A stretch of DNA of 64,000 bases from Eledone cirrhosa (GCA_964016885.1 CAXHJY010001673.1:1-64000), one strand, 5' to 3'; counted from the first letter of the stretch, positions 1-13,375 are shown. The notes: a model not told the origin generated them from the sequence alone. Numbers and translations: made by a program.

Positions 1-128
1 TTAGGTCAGAAAGGCCGCAGAAATAAGGTCTACGGCCACACAAATACTATTTAATCGTTAGCCAAGAAACAAAGATTTGGGATGGTTTGTAATATATATG
101 TATATACAAAGGTTAATAATAAAACTCA

Positions 129-166
<38 letters not shown>

Positions 167-177
167 CATATATATAT

Positions 178-275
<98 letters not shown>

Positions 276-416
276 TTAATACAATAACAGAGATAGTTTA
301 AAGCTAAACTCTGACTGGTAACCATCTCACTCAACAAACATTAGGTTATATATATATATATATATATATATTAAAATTTAAAACTCAATTTAAAATCATA
401 AAACTCACTCATATAT

Positions 417-513
<97 letters not shown>

Positions 514-835
514 TTTAAATACATTAAAATCTATAAGGTTGTACACTTACATATATACATGCATAAACCTTACTGGTAGGGAAAACTGATGTGACCTTAA
601 TGCAATGATGATGAAGATGATGATGAACACACTCTCACACACAGACACACACATATATACATATATATAGGGGTATGTTCCTGATGGGGATCGGGAGGTG
701 TCTACAATTGAAGAAGCTACTCAATACACTGCTAGAGTATAAGCATCTATATTTTGTATAGAAATGACTTATACAAAACTAGAACTGTTTCATTCAAAAG
801 AATGAACAGTACATATATTAATCATCATAATTATT

Positions 836-1022
836 GGTGGATTGGCAGTATCGGTAGAGGGTCGGACGCCATGCTTAGCAGCATAGAGTTACGTCCCTTT
901 GCGGTCTGAGTTCAAATCCCGCCGAGGTTGACTTTGCCTTTCATCCTTACGGGTCGATAAAATAAAGTACCAGTAATGTACTGGGATAAATGCTGGCCTT
1001 GTGCCAAAAGTGGAAACAATTA
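836..1022 (+). mobile_element. tRNA-derived SINE (family S1, ~190 bp)
   Basis: Pol III A-box-like TGGCAGTATCGG and B-box GAGTTCAAATCCC, a conserved body (ACTTTGCCTTTCATCCTTACGGGTCGATAAAATAAAGTACCAGT) and a 3' end GGAAACAATTATT. Many near-identical copies occur in the window. Confidence 0.9.
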
Positions 1023-1036
1023 TTATAATATAGCCA

Positions 1037-1222
1037 TTGGGTTGGCAGTATCGGTAGAGGGTCGGACGCCATGCTTAGCAGCATAGAGTTACAGCCCTTT
1101 ATGGTCTGAGTTCAAATCCCGCCGAAGTTAACTTTGCCTTTCATCCTTATGGGGTCGATTAAATAAAGTATCAGTAATGCACTGGGATAAATGCTGGCCT
1201 TGTGTCAAAAAGTAGAAACAAT
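1037..1222 (+). mobile_element. SINE S1, inserted directly behind the previous copy
   Basis: Full head and body, flanked by the direct repeat ATTATTATAATATAGCCAT (1019-1037 and 1221-1239), consistent with a TSD. Confidence 0.9.
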
Positions 1223-1389
1223 TATTATAATATAGCCATAAAATTACACACTTTTAGTGGGGACGGGGTATAGTCAATTATTTCGGCCCAAACATTTAAC
1301 TGGTACTTATTTTATCGATCCTAGACGGACGATGGGCAAAGTCAAATTCGGTGGAGTTTCATCTCAGCATAAATGAAAGCAATATTTAG

Positions 1390-1492
1390 ATCCCGCCGAG
1401 GTTGACTTTGCCTTTCATCCTTACGGGGTCGATAAAATAAAGTACCAGTAATGCACTGAGTAATTGCTGGCCTTGTGCCTAAAGTAGAAACA
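1390..1492 (+). mobile_element. 5'-truncated SINE S1
   Basis: 3' half of the S1 consensus, from ATCCCGCCGAGG to GTAGAAACAA. Confidence 0.85.
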
Positions 1493-1824
1493 AATATTTA
1501 GATTTAAAAAAAGTAAGAAAAACACACAAAACATCTGTAATAACAATTACTACTCCAGTCAGCCTATAAAGGATCTCTGTGCATCGACTTGCTAAATACA
1601 ATAGCCAAATCTCACTGAAATCACGCCCGTTCCCGCCGTTTACGTTGCTCTCTTAAATATAATTGTTTATACTTTTGGCACAAGGCCAGCAATTATTCAG
1701 TGTATTACTGGTACTTTATTTTATCGACCCCGTTAAATATAATACATAGCCTTAAGAAAAAAAAACAAAACAGGATTGTGAAAGAATTCCTATGTCTTTC
1801 ATCAAAGGCCTGCCTGGGGCTAAA

Positions 1825-1984
1825 TAATAATAATAACAACAACAACAGCTACTACTACTACTACTACTACTACTACTGCTACTGCTGCTGCTACTGCTGC
1901 TGCTGCTACTGCTGCTGCTACTGCTCACCATCACCACCAACGACAACAATGCCTAGAGAACAGCATCACCACCAGCACCACTTT

Positions 1985-2015
<31 letters not shown>

Positions 2016-2053
2016 TGTAGAAGTAGTTGTAGAAGTAGTTGTAGTGTTAGTAA

Positions 2054-2088
<35 letters not shown>

Positions 2089-2090
2089 TG
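1825..2090. repeat. Compound trinucleotide microsatellites (AAT/AAC/CTA/CTG/TAG)
   Basis: Seen directly in the sequence. Confidence 0.9.
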
Positions 2091-2134
2091 TAAATGATGA
2101 ATGTGATTTCATCGTTGTAGCTATGTAAACTACC

Positions 2135-2165
<31 letters not shown>

Positions 2166-2932
2166 ACAAACCAACACCCCGCCCCACCACCCACCCACCA
2201 CCACCACCACCACCAAAAATATAACAAATAGAAATAGAAAGAAAGAAAGAGATATATATATAGAGAGAGACTGAGAGAGAGAGAGGGAGGGAGAGAAAGA
2301 GAGGGGGAAAAGAAAAACATATATATAGAAAGAGAGAATGGGGGAGAATTTGAAAGATAGAGTAGTAAGTATGAACGTGTGTGTGTGTATGTGAGAGCGT
2401 GTGTTGAATGTGTATGTAAGTATGTGTGAGTGTGTGTGAATGTGAATGTGTGTTTGTGTGTGAATGTGAATATATGTGTGTGTATGTTTGTATGTGTGTG
2501 TGTGAATGTGAATGTGTGTGCGTATGTGAATATGTGAATATGTGTGTGTGTGTGAATGTGAATGTGTGTGCATATGTGAATATGTGTGTGTGTATGTTTG
2601 TGTGTGAATGTGAATGTGTGTGCGTATGTGTGTGTGTAAGTGTGTGAGTGTGAGCGTGTGTGCTTTTCATTATTTCTTTATATAAAGTGAACACCTGGTC
2701 AGTCAGTCAGCAATTGATGTGAGAAGGAATGGAAGGGAGGGAGGGGGGAGGGAGGGGGCAAGGGCCGAGGGAGGAAAGCCAATAGAAGTAACTGCCTGCT
2801 TGCTCTTTATAAACACTACATACACACACGCGCACGCGCGTCCGACCACACACAGATCCTTGACGAATCAACGACTAGGGACGCCACGGAGCTGTTTCAG
2901 CGACCTGCAAGAAATACCAGCCATATATCCCA

Positions 2933-2963
<31 letters not shown>

Positions 2964-2975
2964 ATATATATATAT

Positions 2976-3093
2976 GAAGGCGTGTGACTGAGTGGTTAGA
3001 GAATTGGATTCACAATCTTGAGGTTGTGAGTTCGATTCCTGGACCGGGCGATGCGTTATGTCCTTGAGCAAGACACTTTATTTCACGTTGCTC
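2976..3093 (+). mobile_element. tRNA-derived CORE-like SINE (family S2), 3'-truncated
   Basis: A-box-like GTGACTGAGTGGTTAG, B box GAGTTCGATTCC, then TGTCCTTGAGCAAGACACTT, which resembles the CORE-SINE central domain. Confidence 0.7.
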
Positions 3094-3280
3094 CTTCTAC
3101 CTGAAGTTGCGACCGATAGATAGTATTGTTTGAACAGAAAACAGTTGAGAGAAATCTGGCCGGATACAATACAGCCGGTTTAAATGCTAAAGGGTTAAAA
3201 GGAGTCCATACGTTGCTGCTTGGCCTGCTAGATATAACAGCCAAAGAACTTTCCCTCAACAGACACTCAGACACTCATAA

Positions 3281-3452
3281 GAGGGTCGGACGTCATGCTT
3301 TGCAGCATAAAGTTACGGCCCTTTAAGGTTTGAGTTCAAATCCCGCCCAGGTTAACTTTGCCTGTCATCCTTACGCGGGTCGATAAAATAAAGTACCAGT
3401 AATACACTGGGGGTAATTACTGGCCTTGTGCCAACAGTAGAAACAATTATTA
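3281..3452 (+). mobile_element. SINE S1
   Basis: B box, body and 3' tail match the other copies. Confidence 0.88.
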
Positions 3453-4147
3453 TATTTAAGGTTTGATATTGTAGAGAAATGGTAATAACAGACATGCACA
3501 CAAACATACAGACAGATACATGAAAATATAAACACACACATACAGAAAACACTTTAGCACACACACATGCACACACAAACATTCAAACACAGAAACACAC
3601 ACACACACATGCAGGCCAACATGCATGCACATACAAACATTCAAACACACGCAAACACGCGCAAACACGCACACACGCTTGCAGGATCACACACATGCTC
3701 GCACAAACATTCAAACACACACAAACACACATGTAGGCCTGCACACATGCACACACAAACATTCAAACACACACATAAGCACACAAACACACACACACAC
3801 AAGCACAAAAGCACACACACACACACATACACATGGAGACTCACCTATACAGGTAATGCTGAGGGGTAAGGCCATATACTTTTACAACCATACGCTTTCA
3901 CACAGAAGAATTAAAGAAACATTCATACACAATATCGAGAACAGTGTGTGTATTTACAAAGTAGAAGTATATAAAGGTTGTGTATATACATGTGTGTGTA
4001 TTTGTAAACAATATCGAGAACAGCATCCTTACAATATCAATAATAAAAACATTAACAACAATATTTAATATAGATACTAAACCACAATATTTGTACTATT
4101 GTGATGTTACAATGAATTATTTCAAAGCCAATACTTAACTATTTTCT

Positions 4148-4872
4148 CTAACCCTTTCTTTGCCATATTTCTTATGAAAGAGACTACCTAAGATTTTCAA
4201 TTTAGTTAGACAATATCGAAAAATTTGGTGAGGCTTAGTCATATAAATAACTTAAATGTTCTTACATGAAATTGTGGTGGAATGTTTTTTAGATAATTAT
4301 GAACACTTTGAAATAAACAGCTTTGTTCCATCCATGTCCCCATGACTCTTTCAATGTCGTTTGGTATCAAAGTGTTAACAAAGGTCCTTACAGCAAATTA
4401 TTATGGAAGGTTTTTATATAAATATAAACATTCTAAAATAAACAGTTTTCTATCATAGAACCAGGGGTTATTTCAGGCAGTTTGATATTAAAAGTGTTAA
4501 GAAAATTTTATATAACAAATAATGATGTAACATTTTTTTTAGATAAATATAAACAATTTAAAAAGTTTTTTTTTTTATCATAGAATTAGGGGTTGTTTCA
4601 GGCAGTTTGATATGAAAACAGATAACAAAGATTCTTACATCAAATTATGATGGAAACTTTGTAGATAAATATAAGCACTTTAAAACAAACAGTTTTGTAT
4701 CATAAAAGCGGGGGAGGTGGTTTCAGGCAGTGTGGTATAAAAACGGTTAACATAGATTCACACATCAAATTATGGTGGAAAGGTTTTAGATAGATATAAA
4801 CGCTTTAAAACAAACAGTTTTGTATCACAGAATCAGAAGTGATTTTAAGCAGTTTATTATCAAAAGGGCCAA
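4148..4872. mobile_element. piggyBac-like non-autonomous element with its ~120-bp terminal segment tandemly repeated (~5 units)
   Basis: Begins (C)TAACCCTTT. Most units end in variants of AAAGGGTTAA (GTGTTAA, CGGTTAA, GGGCCAA). Related pieces lie at ~15050-15170, 17390-17460, 19510-19800 and, reversed and starting TTAACCCTTT, at ~26129-26250. Confidence 0.55.
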
Positions 4873-6894
4873 TATTGTGCAACAGTGAAGCAGAGGACTC
4901 GCAGATTTGTTAGAAAACTTGACAAAAAAAGAAAAACCTTTGCATTTTGGGTTGAAATTCCGCCGAAGTCAACTTTACCGTTAATCAACTATTATATCGA
5001 TATAATCAACTGTTCAATCGCCCATAATTTGGGGCTATGCCCTATGTGAGAAATCAATATTGTGTGATAATGAATTCTAACTTAGGTGCACAGCTAAGAG
5101 GTATAGTCACAAATAAATTGAACTAGATTCTAGGGTTTTATTTCCTTAATAGAAATAGTTTTAAAGATGTAGTCGTTTATGTATGTATATGCATGTATGA
5201 ATGTTTTAATGTTCGTATGTATGTATCTATGTATATATGTATGTACGAATGTCTGTATGAATATATGTACGAATGCATGAGTTTATGTATGTATGTATGT
5301 ATGTATGTATGTATGTATGTATGTATGTATGTATGTATGTATGTATGTATGTATGTATTATTTATCTATGTATGTATCTATGTATGTTGCTACATACTGT
5401 AGATCCCCCGACCACGAGTTGCTACTCTGCAACAACTGTTTCTCTGCGCCCATGGTATGCCAATCAATCATGTCATTTTCGTGGATATCAGTAAGGATGG
5501 GGAATTACTCACAATAAACTAACGGCCTATCCATGAGTAGGGATATCATAACTGATTCGCCTTAGTGTCAGATCCACAAAACGATGTTATGATCTGGAAG
5601 AAAGCACAAATTGGTATATTTTTGTCTGAAGTATTCAGGGAAAACTATTTAGGCTCAAGTCAATTTAAATCGATCAGAGTACGTGATTAGTATATTATTT
5701 TATCGACCCCGGAAGAATAAAAGAGAAAGTTGACCCTGTGTGGGGTTTGAGCTCAGATGTAAATGGGTGTAAATAAATACTTGCAAAGCACTTTATCGAA
5801 GACTTTAACGTTTCTGCCTTTTTATGTCGGAATAATATGCCCATTATATTTCACTGGTTTTTGTATATATGGGATTATATTACTCAGTGTTTTCTTTCCG
5901 AGTTTAAAATTTGATTTTAGGCAGCAATATATCACATAAATCTCTACACAGAAACCTTCCTATGTTGGCTCGATGTAAATATAATATTATTATTGCTTGG
6001 TCCCCCAAATAGTCCTAATTAAACAGACCTATAATGAAAGGGGTTCCAGTTACATGAACTATATTGACCAATATATCTTTTATTTCGGAGGGCAGGGTGG
6101 GGTTTGAGGAAGATTTGGTTACTATTTGAAGCAAGCTAACGGTCCATGTACAAGCTACATGGTTGAACCTCAAAGCCAGCCATCATATATCAATGTCACT
6201 TTACTTGTCACGTTTTAATACGGTAAAAAACATTCTCGTTTATACTTTCAGTTAAATTCCTTCAGAGAGGAGGGTTGGCGTAAGAAGCGACATGAGTTAT
6301 GACATAAAGTAGATATGATAATTCAGTGAGAGGAAAAGTTTAGGTGACATATATAGATATGTTTATATTGGCATCATTATAATAAAAATATACAAACTAC
6401 GAAATCACCAATCAAATAATAACAGAGATGTAGTTATGTATATCCTCCCCGACTCCCCCACAAAAATCACTGTCACCCCACTCACAGCCCACCCATCTGT
6501 CTTCTGAATCGTTCCAACCACAAAATGCGTTTATTATATTACAATCCACGCATGAGTTAGTGATTAGCTAAAGTATGTCTAGCTCAAAAGAAGATAGCTG
6601 ATGTCATCTCATGAATGAATGTGTTTAGCTAAATAGTCAATTACTAAAGTCAATGACCTCGTTTTCATTTCTACTTTTCAGCAATTTCATTCCACTTCGA
6701 TTATCCCTTTCAGAGACACCCCCGCCCCACTCCCACCACCCCAGAAAGGGAGACAAAAAAAAAACGCCACCATTACATAACCGCATTTTACTTATCCGTT
6801 CCTTAACAAATGTAACCGTCACACCCAAATTATACAAGAACCAGCACCATCTTTATTAGGAACAACAATAACATCCATTCACCATCAAGGCCCA

Positions 6895-7112
6895 TACGTG
6901 TGCTCTTAACATAATTCTCAGGGAGATTCAGTGGTATACATTGTGAGACAGGGCTAGTCCTTTGAATTACAAGTACAACTTATTTTCCCCAGCTGAGTGG
7001 ACTTTAGAAACATGAAATAAAGTAACCTCCTCAAGGACACATCGTACCACTGAGAATCAAACATACAACAGTACGTTCGTCAGCCGAACAGCCTAACCAC
7101 TAAGCCACGCAT
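6895..7112 (-). mobile_element. Diverged CORE-like SINE S2
   Basis: The reverse strand reads GCGTGGCTTAGTGGTTAGG...GTTTGATTCTC...TGTGTCCTTGAGGAGGTTACTTTATTTCATG. Confidence 0.6.
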
Positions 7113-7379
7113 TTCTCCGGGGGAATGTAGAGTAACAAATTAACTGATGCACTATCTCTCTGATCACTGGAATGTCTTTCATTATAGATCCGCTCGATAG
7201 GGGCGGATTGGCACTGGGGTCGATTTAATCGACTTTCCCCTCCTCTCAAATTATTGGCTTTGTGCCTAAATCAAAAATCCTTATAGATCCACTTTGTCAA
7301 TTCGCCGCCCATTATTGATATGCCAACATGGTAACCATAAAAAGATCACCTACTATTACCACCAAAACCAGCAATATCC

Positions 7380-7922
7380 CCACCCCAAAGACAAGTTTGT
7401 AGAGCAAACCTACCCACAACCCACTATTACAACCAAAACCAGCAACACCACAACCCCAACACCACCACTGTAACGCCACAACCACCCTAAGGACCTCCCC
7501 CCAAAACCACCACCACCCCAACGCCACAACCACCCCAACGCCACCACCACCCCAACACCACAACCACCCTAAGCCACCCCCAAACCACCCCCACCCCAAC
7601 GCCACCCCCACCCCCAAAGCCACAACCACCCTAACGCCACCGCCGCTCTAACGCCACCACCCCAACGCCACCACCACTCAGGTAATACAGCTATAAGTCA
7701 TTAACGTGAATTCCATAAAACTATAAACACGACACCACCACCTTGCTAACACCACCACCAACACTACCAACACCGCCACCACCACCACTACCACCGCCGG
7801 CACAACCACCAACACTACCACCACCACCACCACCACCACTAGCATCACCAACACCACTACAACCACCACCACCGCCGCCACCAGCTAAACAGTACCACCA
7901 CCACCACCACCACCACCACCCC
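7380..7922. repeat. Degenerate (CCA)n / C-rich low-complexity tract
   Basis: Seen directly in the sequence. Confidence 0.85.
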
Positions 7923-8109
7923 AGTTATACAGCTCTACGTCACGCCTGTTCAAAGACGTATATCATTTCGTAATCTATGACATTCCAGTAACTTCTCTCT
8001 TTCTTTCCTTGTTGATCATATATATATATATATATGTGTATATATACCTATATATATATATATATATAGGTATAAATATATATATATATATAGGTATATA
8101 TATATATAT

Positions 8110-8146
<37 letters not shown>

Positions 8147-8179
8147 CATATATAGGTATGAGTATATATATATATATAT

Positions 8180-8234
<55 letters not shown>

Positions 8235-8399
8235 TATATATATAAGCTATATATATATATATATATACACACACATATATATATAGGCTATATATATATA
8301 TATATTTATATATGTATTACGTATATATACATATAAATATATTGTGATTTGTAATGAATTGGTATTTCTTGTTGCGTTGTTGTCGGTCTTGTTTGGAGT

Positions 8400-10172
8400 G
8401 TGATGGTGTTAGTGCTAGTGTTAATAGAGGTGGTGTGGAGTTCGTGTTGCTGGTGGTGCTAGTGGTGGGTGGTGGGTGATGGTGGTGCTAATGGTTGAGG
8501 TGATAGTGGTGGTGGTAGTGGTGGTGCTAGTGGTGGTGGTGGGTGATGGTGGTGCTAATGGTTGAGGTGATAGTGGTGGTGTTAGTGGTGGTGCTAGTGG
8601 TGGTGGTAGTGGTGGTGCTAGTGGTGGTGGTGGTAGTGGTGGTGCTAATGGTTGAGGTGATAGTGGTGGTGTTAGTGGTGGTGCTAGTGGTGGTGGTAGT
8701 GGTGGTGCTAGTGGTGGTGGTGGTGGTGGTGCTAGTGGTGGTGGTGGTAGTGGTGGTGCTAATGGTTGAGGTGATAGTGGTGGTGTTAGTGGTGGTGCTA
8801 GTGGTGGTGGTAGTGGTGGTGCTAGTGGTGGTGGTGGTAGTGGTGGTGCTAATGGTTGAGGTGCTAGTGGTGGTGTTAGTGGTGGTGTTAGTGTTAATAG
8901 AGGTGGTGTGGAGTTCGTGTTGCTGGTGGTAATGGTGGTGGGTGGTGGGTGATGGTGGTGCTAATGGTGGTGGTGATAGTGGTGGTGTTAGTGGTGGTGC
9001 TAGTGGTGGTGGTAGTGGTGGTGCTAGTGGTGGTGGTGGTGGTGGTGGTGCTAATGGTGGTGGTGGTAGTGGTGGTGCTAATGGTTGAGGTGCTAGTGGT
9101 GGTGTTAGTGGTGGTGCTAGTGGTGGTGGTAGTGGTGGTGCTAGTGGTGGTGGTGGTAGTGGTGGTGCTAATGGTTGAGGTGCTAGTGGTGGTGTTAGTG
9201 GTGGTGCTAGTGGTGGTGGTAGTGGTGGTGCTAGTGGTGGTGGTGGTAGTGGTGGTGCTAATGGTTGAGGTGCTAGTGGTGGTGTTAGTGGTGGTGCTAG
9301 TGTTAATAGAGGCGGTGTGGAGTTCGTGTTGCTGGTGGTAATGGTGGTGGGTGGTGGGTGATGGTGGTGCTAATGGTTGAGGTGATAGTGGTGGTGTTAG
9401 TGGTGGTGATGGTGGTGGTGGTGGTGCTAATGGTTGAGGTGATAGTGGTGGTGTTAGTGGTGCTGGTGCTAGTGGTGGTGGTGGTAGTGCTAATGGTTGT
9501 GGTGATAGTGGTGGTGTTAGTGGTGGGGCTAGTGGTGGTGGTGGTAGTGGTAGTGCTAATGGTTGTGGTAATAGTGGTGGTGTTAGTGGTGGGGCTAGTG
9601 GTGGTGGTGGTAGTGGTAGTGCTAATGGTTGAGGTGATAGTGGTGGTGTTAGTGGTGGTGGTGCTAGTGGTGGTGGTGGTGGTGCTAATGGTTGTGGTAA
9701 TAGTGGTGGTGTTAGTGGTGGTGGTGGTGGTGCTAATGGTTGTGGTAATAGTGGTGGTGTTAGTGGTGGTGGTGGTGGTGCTAATGGTTGTGGTAATAGT
9801 GGTGGTGTTAGTGGTGGTGGTGGTGGTGCTAATGGTTGTGGTAATAGTGGTGGTGTTAGTGGTGGTGGTGGTGGTGCTAATGGTTGTGGTAATAGTGGTG
9901 GTGTTAGTGGTGGTGGTGGTGGTGCTAATGGTTGTGGTAATAGTGGTGGTGTTAGTGGTGTGGTGCTAGTGGTGGTGGTGGTGGTGGTGGTGCTAATGGT
10001 TGTGGTAATAGTGGTGGTGTTAGTGGTGGTGGTGCTAGTGGTGGTGGTGGTAATGGTGGTGGGTGGTGGGTGATGGTGGTGCTAATGGTGGTGGTGATAG
10101 TGGTGGTGTTAGTGGTGGTGCTAGTGGTGGTGGTGGTGGTGCTAATGGTTGTGGTAATAGTGGTGGTGGTAA
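8400..10172. repeat. (GGT)n-derived minisatellite with higher-order structure
   Basis: Recurrent subunits GTGCTAATGGTTGAGGTGATAGTGGTGGTGTTA. A marker GTGTTAATAGAGGYGGTGTGGAGTTCGTGTTGCTGG occurs at ~8418, 8892 and 9300. The poly-Val ORFs here are artefacts. Confidence 0.9.
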
Positions 10173-10315
10173 TAAAGGAGTTGATAGTTTTTTAATCGTT
10201 AGGGGCTATGTATGATATAATGGCCTCTGTCTGTCTGTCTGTATGTCTCTCTCTCTCTCTTTCTTCTTTCTCTCTGTGTCTCTTTCTTTTCCTTTGCTTT
10301 TCCTTCAGAATTACC

Positions 10316-10433
<118 letters not shown>

Positions 10434-10441
10434 GTATATAT

Positions 10442-10486
10442 ATTAACAAATGTTTCACTAAGACGTCTGAAATCGTTCATCAGAAT
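10442..10486 (-). ncRNA. Degenerate type I hammerhead ribozyme in a TA-flanked island
   Basis: Minus strand: att CUGAUGA acgauuucagacgucuuagu GAAA CAUUUG UU aau. The core and stem III are intact, stem I has only 3 bp and stem II is weak. Confidence 0.45.
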
Positions 10487-10517
10487 GAAATACTTTATAT
10501 ATATATATATATATATA

Positions 10518-10589
<72 letters not shown>

Positions 10590-10730
10590 CGACTGTGTCT
10601 CTGTTTGCATGTGTGTGTCTGTGTGTTTGTGTGCATGTATATGTGTGTGTGTATGTGTGTGTGTAAACTACACACTGTTTTGTTAACTTTTGGTCATGAA
10701 ATATTTATAGAACTTTAGATCTTCTCACGA

Positions 10731-10799
<69 letters not shown>

Positions 10800-11029
10800 C
10801 GATACATAGATAGATAGATATGGATGATAAATACCGTCCTTGTGGTTGTTGAGGGTTGAGGGCCTCAACACTGAAACACCAGTCTTCATTTACATTGGAC
10901 CAAGTATTGTCTTCAGATACACACCACATTCAGATATATGCATGTACGAATGAATGGCTGTATGTAAAGAGACCCTTGGTCCTTGTTAGGACATCATTCG
11001 AGGAAAAGAAAATTCCTGCGACTCGATGG

Positions 11030-11546
11030 CAGCTAATAATTGTTTTTACTTTTGGCACAAGGCCAGCAATTAACACCAATGTATTACTGGTACTTTATTT
11101 TAGCAGCTAATAATTGTTTCTACTTTTGGCACAAGGCCAGCAATTAACCCATTGTATTACTGGTACTTTATTTTAGCAGCTAATAATTGTTTCTACTTTT
11201 GGCACAAGGCCAGCAATTAACACCAATGTATTACTGGTACTTTATTTTAGCAGCTAATAATTGTTTCTACTTTGGGCACAAGGCCAGCAATTAACACCAA
11301 TGTATTACTGGTACTTTATTTTAGCAGCTAATAATTGTTTCTACTTTGGGCACAAGGCCAGCAATTAACACCAATGTATTACTGGTACTTTATTTTAGCA
11401 GCTAATAATTGTTTCTACTTTTGGCACAAGGCCAGCAATTAACACCATTGTATTACTGGTACTTTATTTTAGCAGCTAATAATTGTTTCTACTTTTGGTA
11501 CAAGGCCAGCAATTAACACCAATGTATTACTGGTACTTTATTTTAG
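11030..11546 (-). repeat. Tandem array of seven 73-74-bp units (SINE S1 3' end plus target sequence)
   Basis: Units start at 11030, 11104, 11177, 11251, 11325, 11399 and 11473, each CAGCTAATAATTGTTTCTACT...GTACTTTATTTTAG. Confidence 0.95.
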
Positions 11547-11553
11547 CAGCTAA

Positions 11554-11745
11554 TAATTGTTTCTACTTTTGGCACAAGGCCAGCAATCACCCAGTACATT
11601 ACTGGTACTTTATTTTATCGACTCCGTAAGGATGAAAGGCAAAGTTAATCTAGGTGGGATTTGAACTCAGAATGGCAAGGGCCGTAACTCTATGCATCAA
11701 AGCATGGCGTCCAACCCTCTACCGATACTGCCAATTCACCGCCCT
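11554..11745 (-). mobile_element. Full-length SINE S1
   Basis: Complete reverse copy, with TAGCAGCTAATAAT on both sides (TSD). Confidence 0.9.
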
Positions 11746-11978
11746 TAGCAGCTAATAATGTTGGCTTGTTCTGTTGGATATCTGCTAATGTTATTCAGAG
11801 ACTTGGACTGGTCCAGTGTAATTTGTGGCTTAAAGCTTCAAGCACAGTCATCACTTGGTTTAAATGACTTTCACATGCAGAAAGGAACCTAAGTCCTTGG
11901 CAGGCCTGGATATTTATGTTCATACCTCAAATGTACGAAAGAAAGATCTTCAAGGGATAGCAACCATTATGTTTGTAT

Positions 11979-12158
11979 GATTGGCCGTATCGGTAGAGGG
12001 TTGGACGCCAGGCTTTCTAGCATAGTTACGTCCCTTTACAGTCTGAGTTCAAATCCCGCCGAGGTTGACTTTGCCTTTCATCCTTACGGGGGTCGATAAA
12101 ATAAAGTACCAGTAATGAACTAGGTAATTGCTGGCCTTGTGCCTAAAGTAGAAACAAT
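11979..12158 (+). mobile_element. SINE S1
   Basis: A and B boxes, body and tail. The flanks ATTATGTTTGTATG / ATTATGTATGTATG look like a TSD. Confidence 0.9.
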
Positions 12159-12345
12159 TATGTATGTATGTATGTCTCTATGTATGAATGTATATATGTA
12201 CGAATGAATGTATATATGGATGCATGTATGTATATATGTATAGATTTAATTAAATGCATGCAGGTATATATATATATATATATACACATATATATATATA
12301 CATATATATATATACATATATATACACATATATATATACATATTA

Positions 12346-12474
<129 letters not shown>

Positions 12475-12489
12475 TGTATATATATATAT

Positions 12490-12612
<123 letters not shown>

Positions 12613-12683
12613 TATATATATATGTGCGTTTCGTTTCAAATTTTCTACCCGCCGAAATGCGATTCTCGCTGAATTTATATTTG

Positions 12684-12727
<44 letters not shown>

Positions 12728-12978
12728 AGTGCATGTGTGTCTGTGTGTCTGTATATGTGTGAATGTGACTGTGTGTATGTGTGTGTGGAGGAAGTGTGTG
12801 TGTTCAGTGTGTGTATACATTTGTAAGCCAATAGCTGCAGGAAAGATATGTGCTGAAGAGGAATTCATGAGGGAGATCCCTTTCGAGAGGAAGGGCTGGA
12901 TGTAGCAGCAGCAACAACAACAACAACAATAGCAGCACCACCAATATAACAACCACCACAACTATAAGCACCAATACC

Positions 12979-13109
12979 CAGGGCCGTCGTAACAGCATTA
13001 TAGGACCCCCCCGGGCAAAGCAGAGCACAAACCACTCACAGGAATAAAAATACAAATTGGCCCTTTATCCTCGTGGGGCCCAGCGTTCCCATGCGTTAAG
13101 ACGGCCCTG
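12979..13109. mobile_element. hAT-like MITE (131 bp)
   Basis: TIRs CAGGGCCGTCGTAAC / GTTAAGACGGCCCTG match at 14 of 15 positions. The 8-bp flanks CCAATACC / CCAACACT match at 6 of 8, consistent with a decayed hAT-type TSD. Confidence 0.7.
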
Positions 13110-13328
13110 CCAACACTACCACCACCACCAGCACCACCACCACCACCACACCACCACTATAACTCCATTGTAGGTCTGAGCTGTGCTTTGTAAGGGAATT
13201 AATACAGTAACACAGCAAAGGGAGAATGTGCTACTGAGCAGGTCATAGATGTACGACAAAAGACATTGGCACCGTGTGTGAGTATGTGTGAGTGTATGTA
13301 TGTATGTGTATGTGTGTGGATGTGCGTG

Positions 13329-13375
<47 letters not shown>

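Noticed and set aside
836-920. tRNA genes
   Set aside because: The A and B boxes belong to SINE heads. No complete cloverleaf was found and the copies continue into the SINE body.
8543-9969. Poly-Val ORFs
   Set aside because: They are reading frames of the GGT minisatellite.
11030-11546. CRISPR-like regular array (also 52456-54237)
   Set aside because: There are no unique spacers, the units are SINE-derived, the context is eukaryotic and no cas genes are present.
12835-12904. Short exon-like stretch ([21 protein letters not shown])
   Set aside because: The acceptor is weak with no pyrimidine tract, and no homology was recognised.
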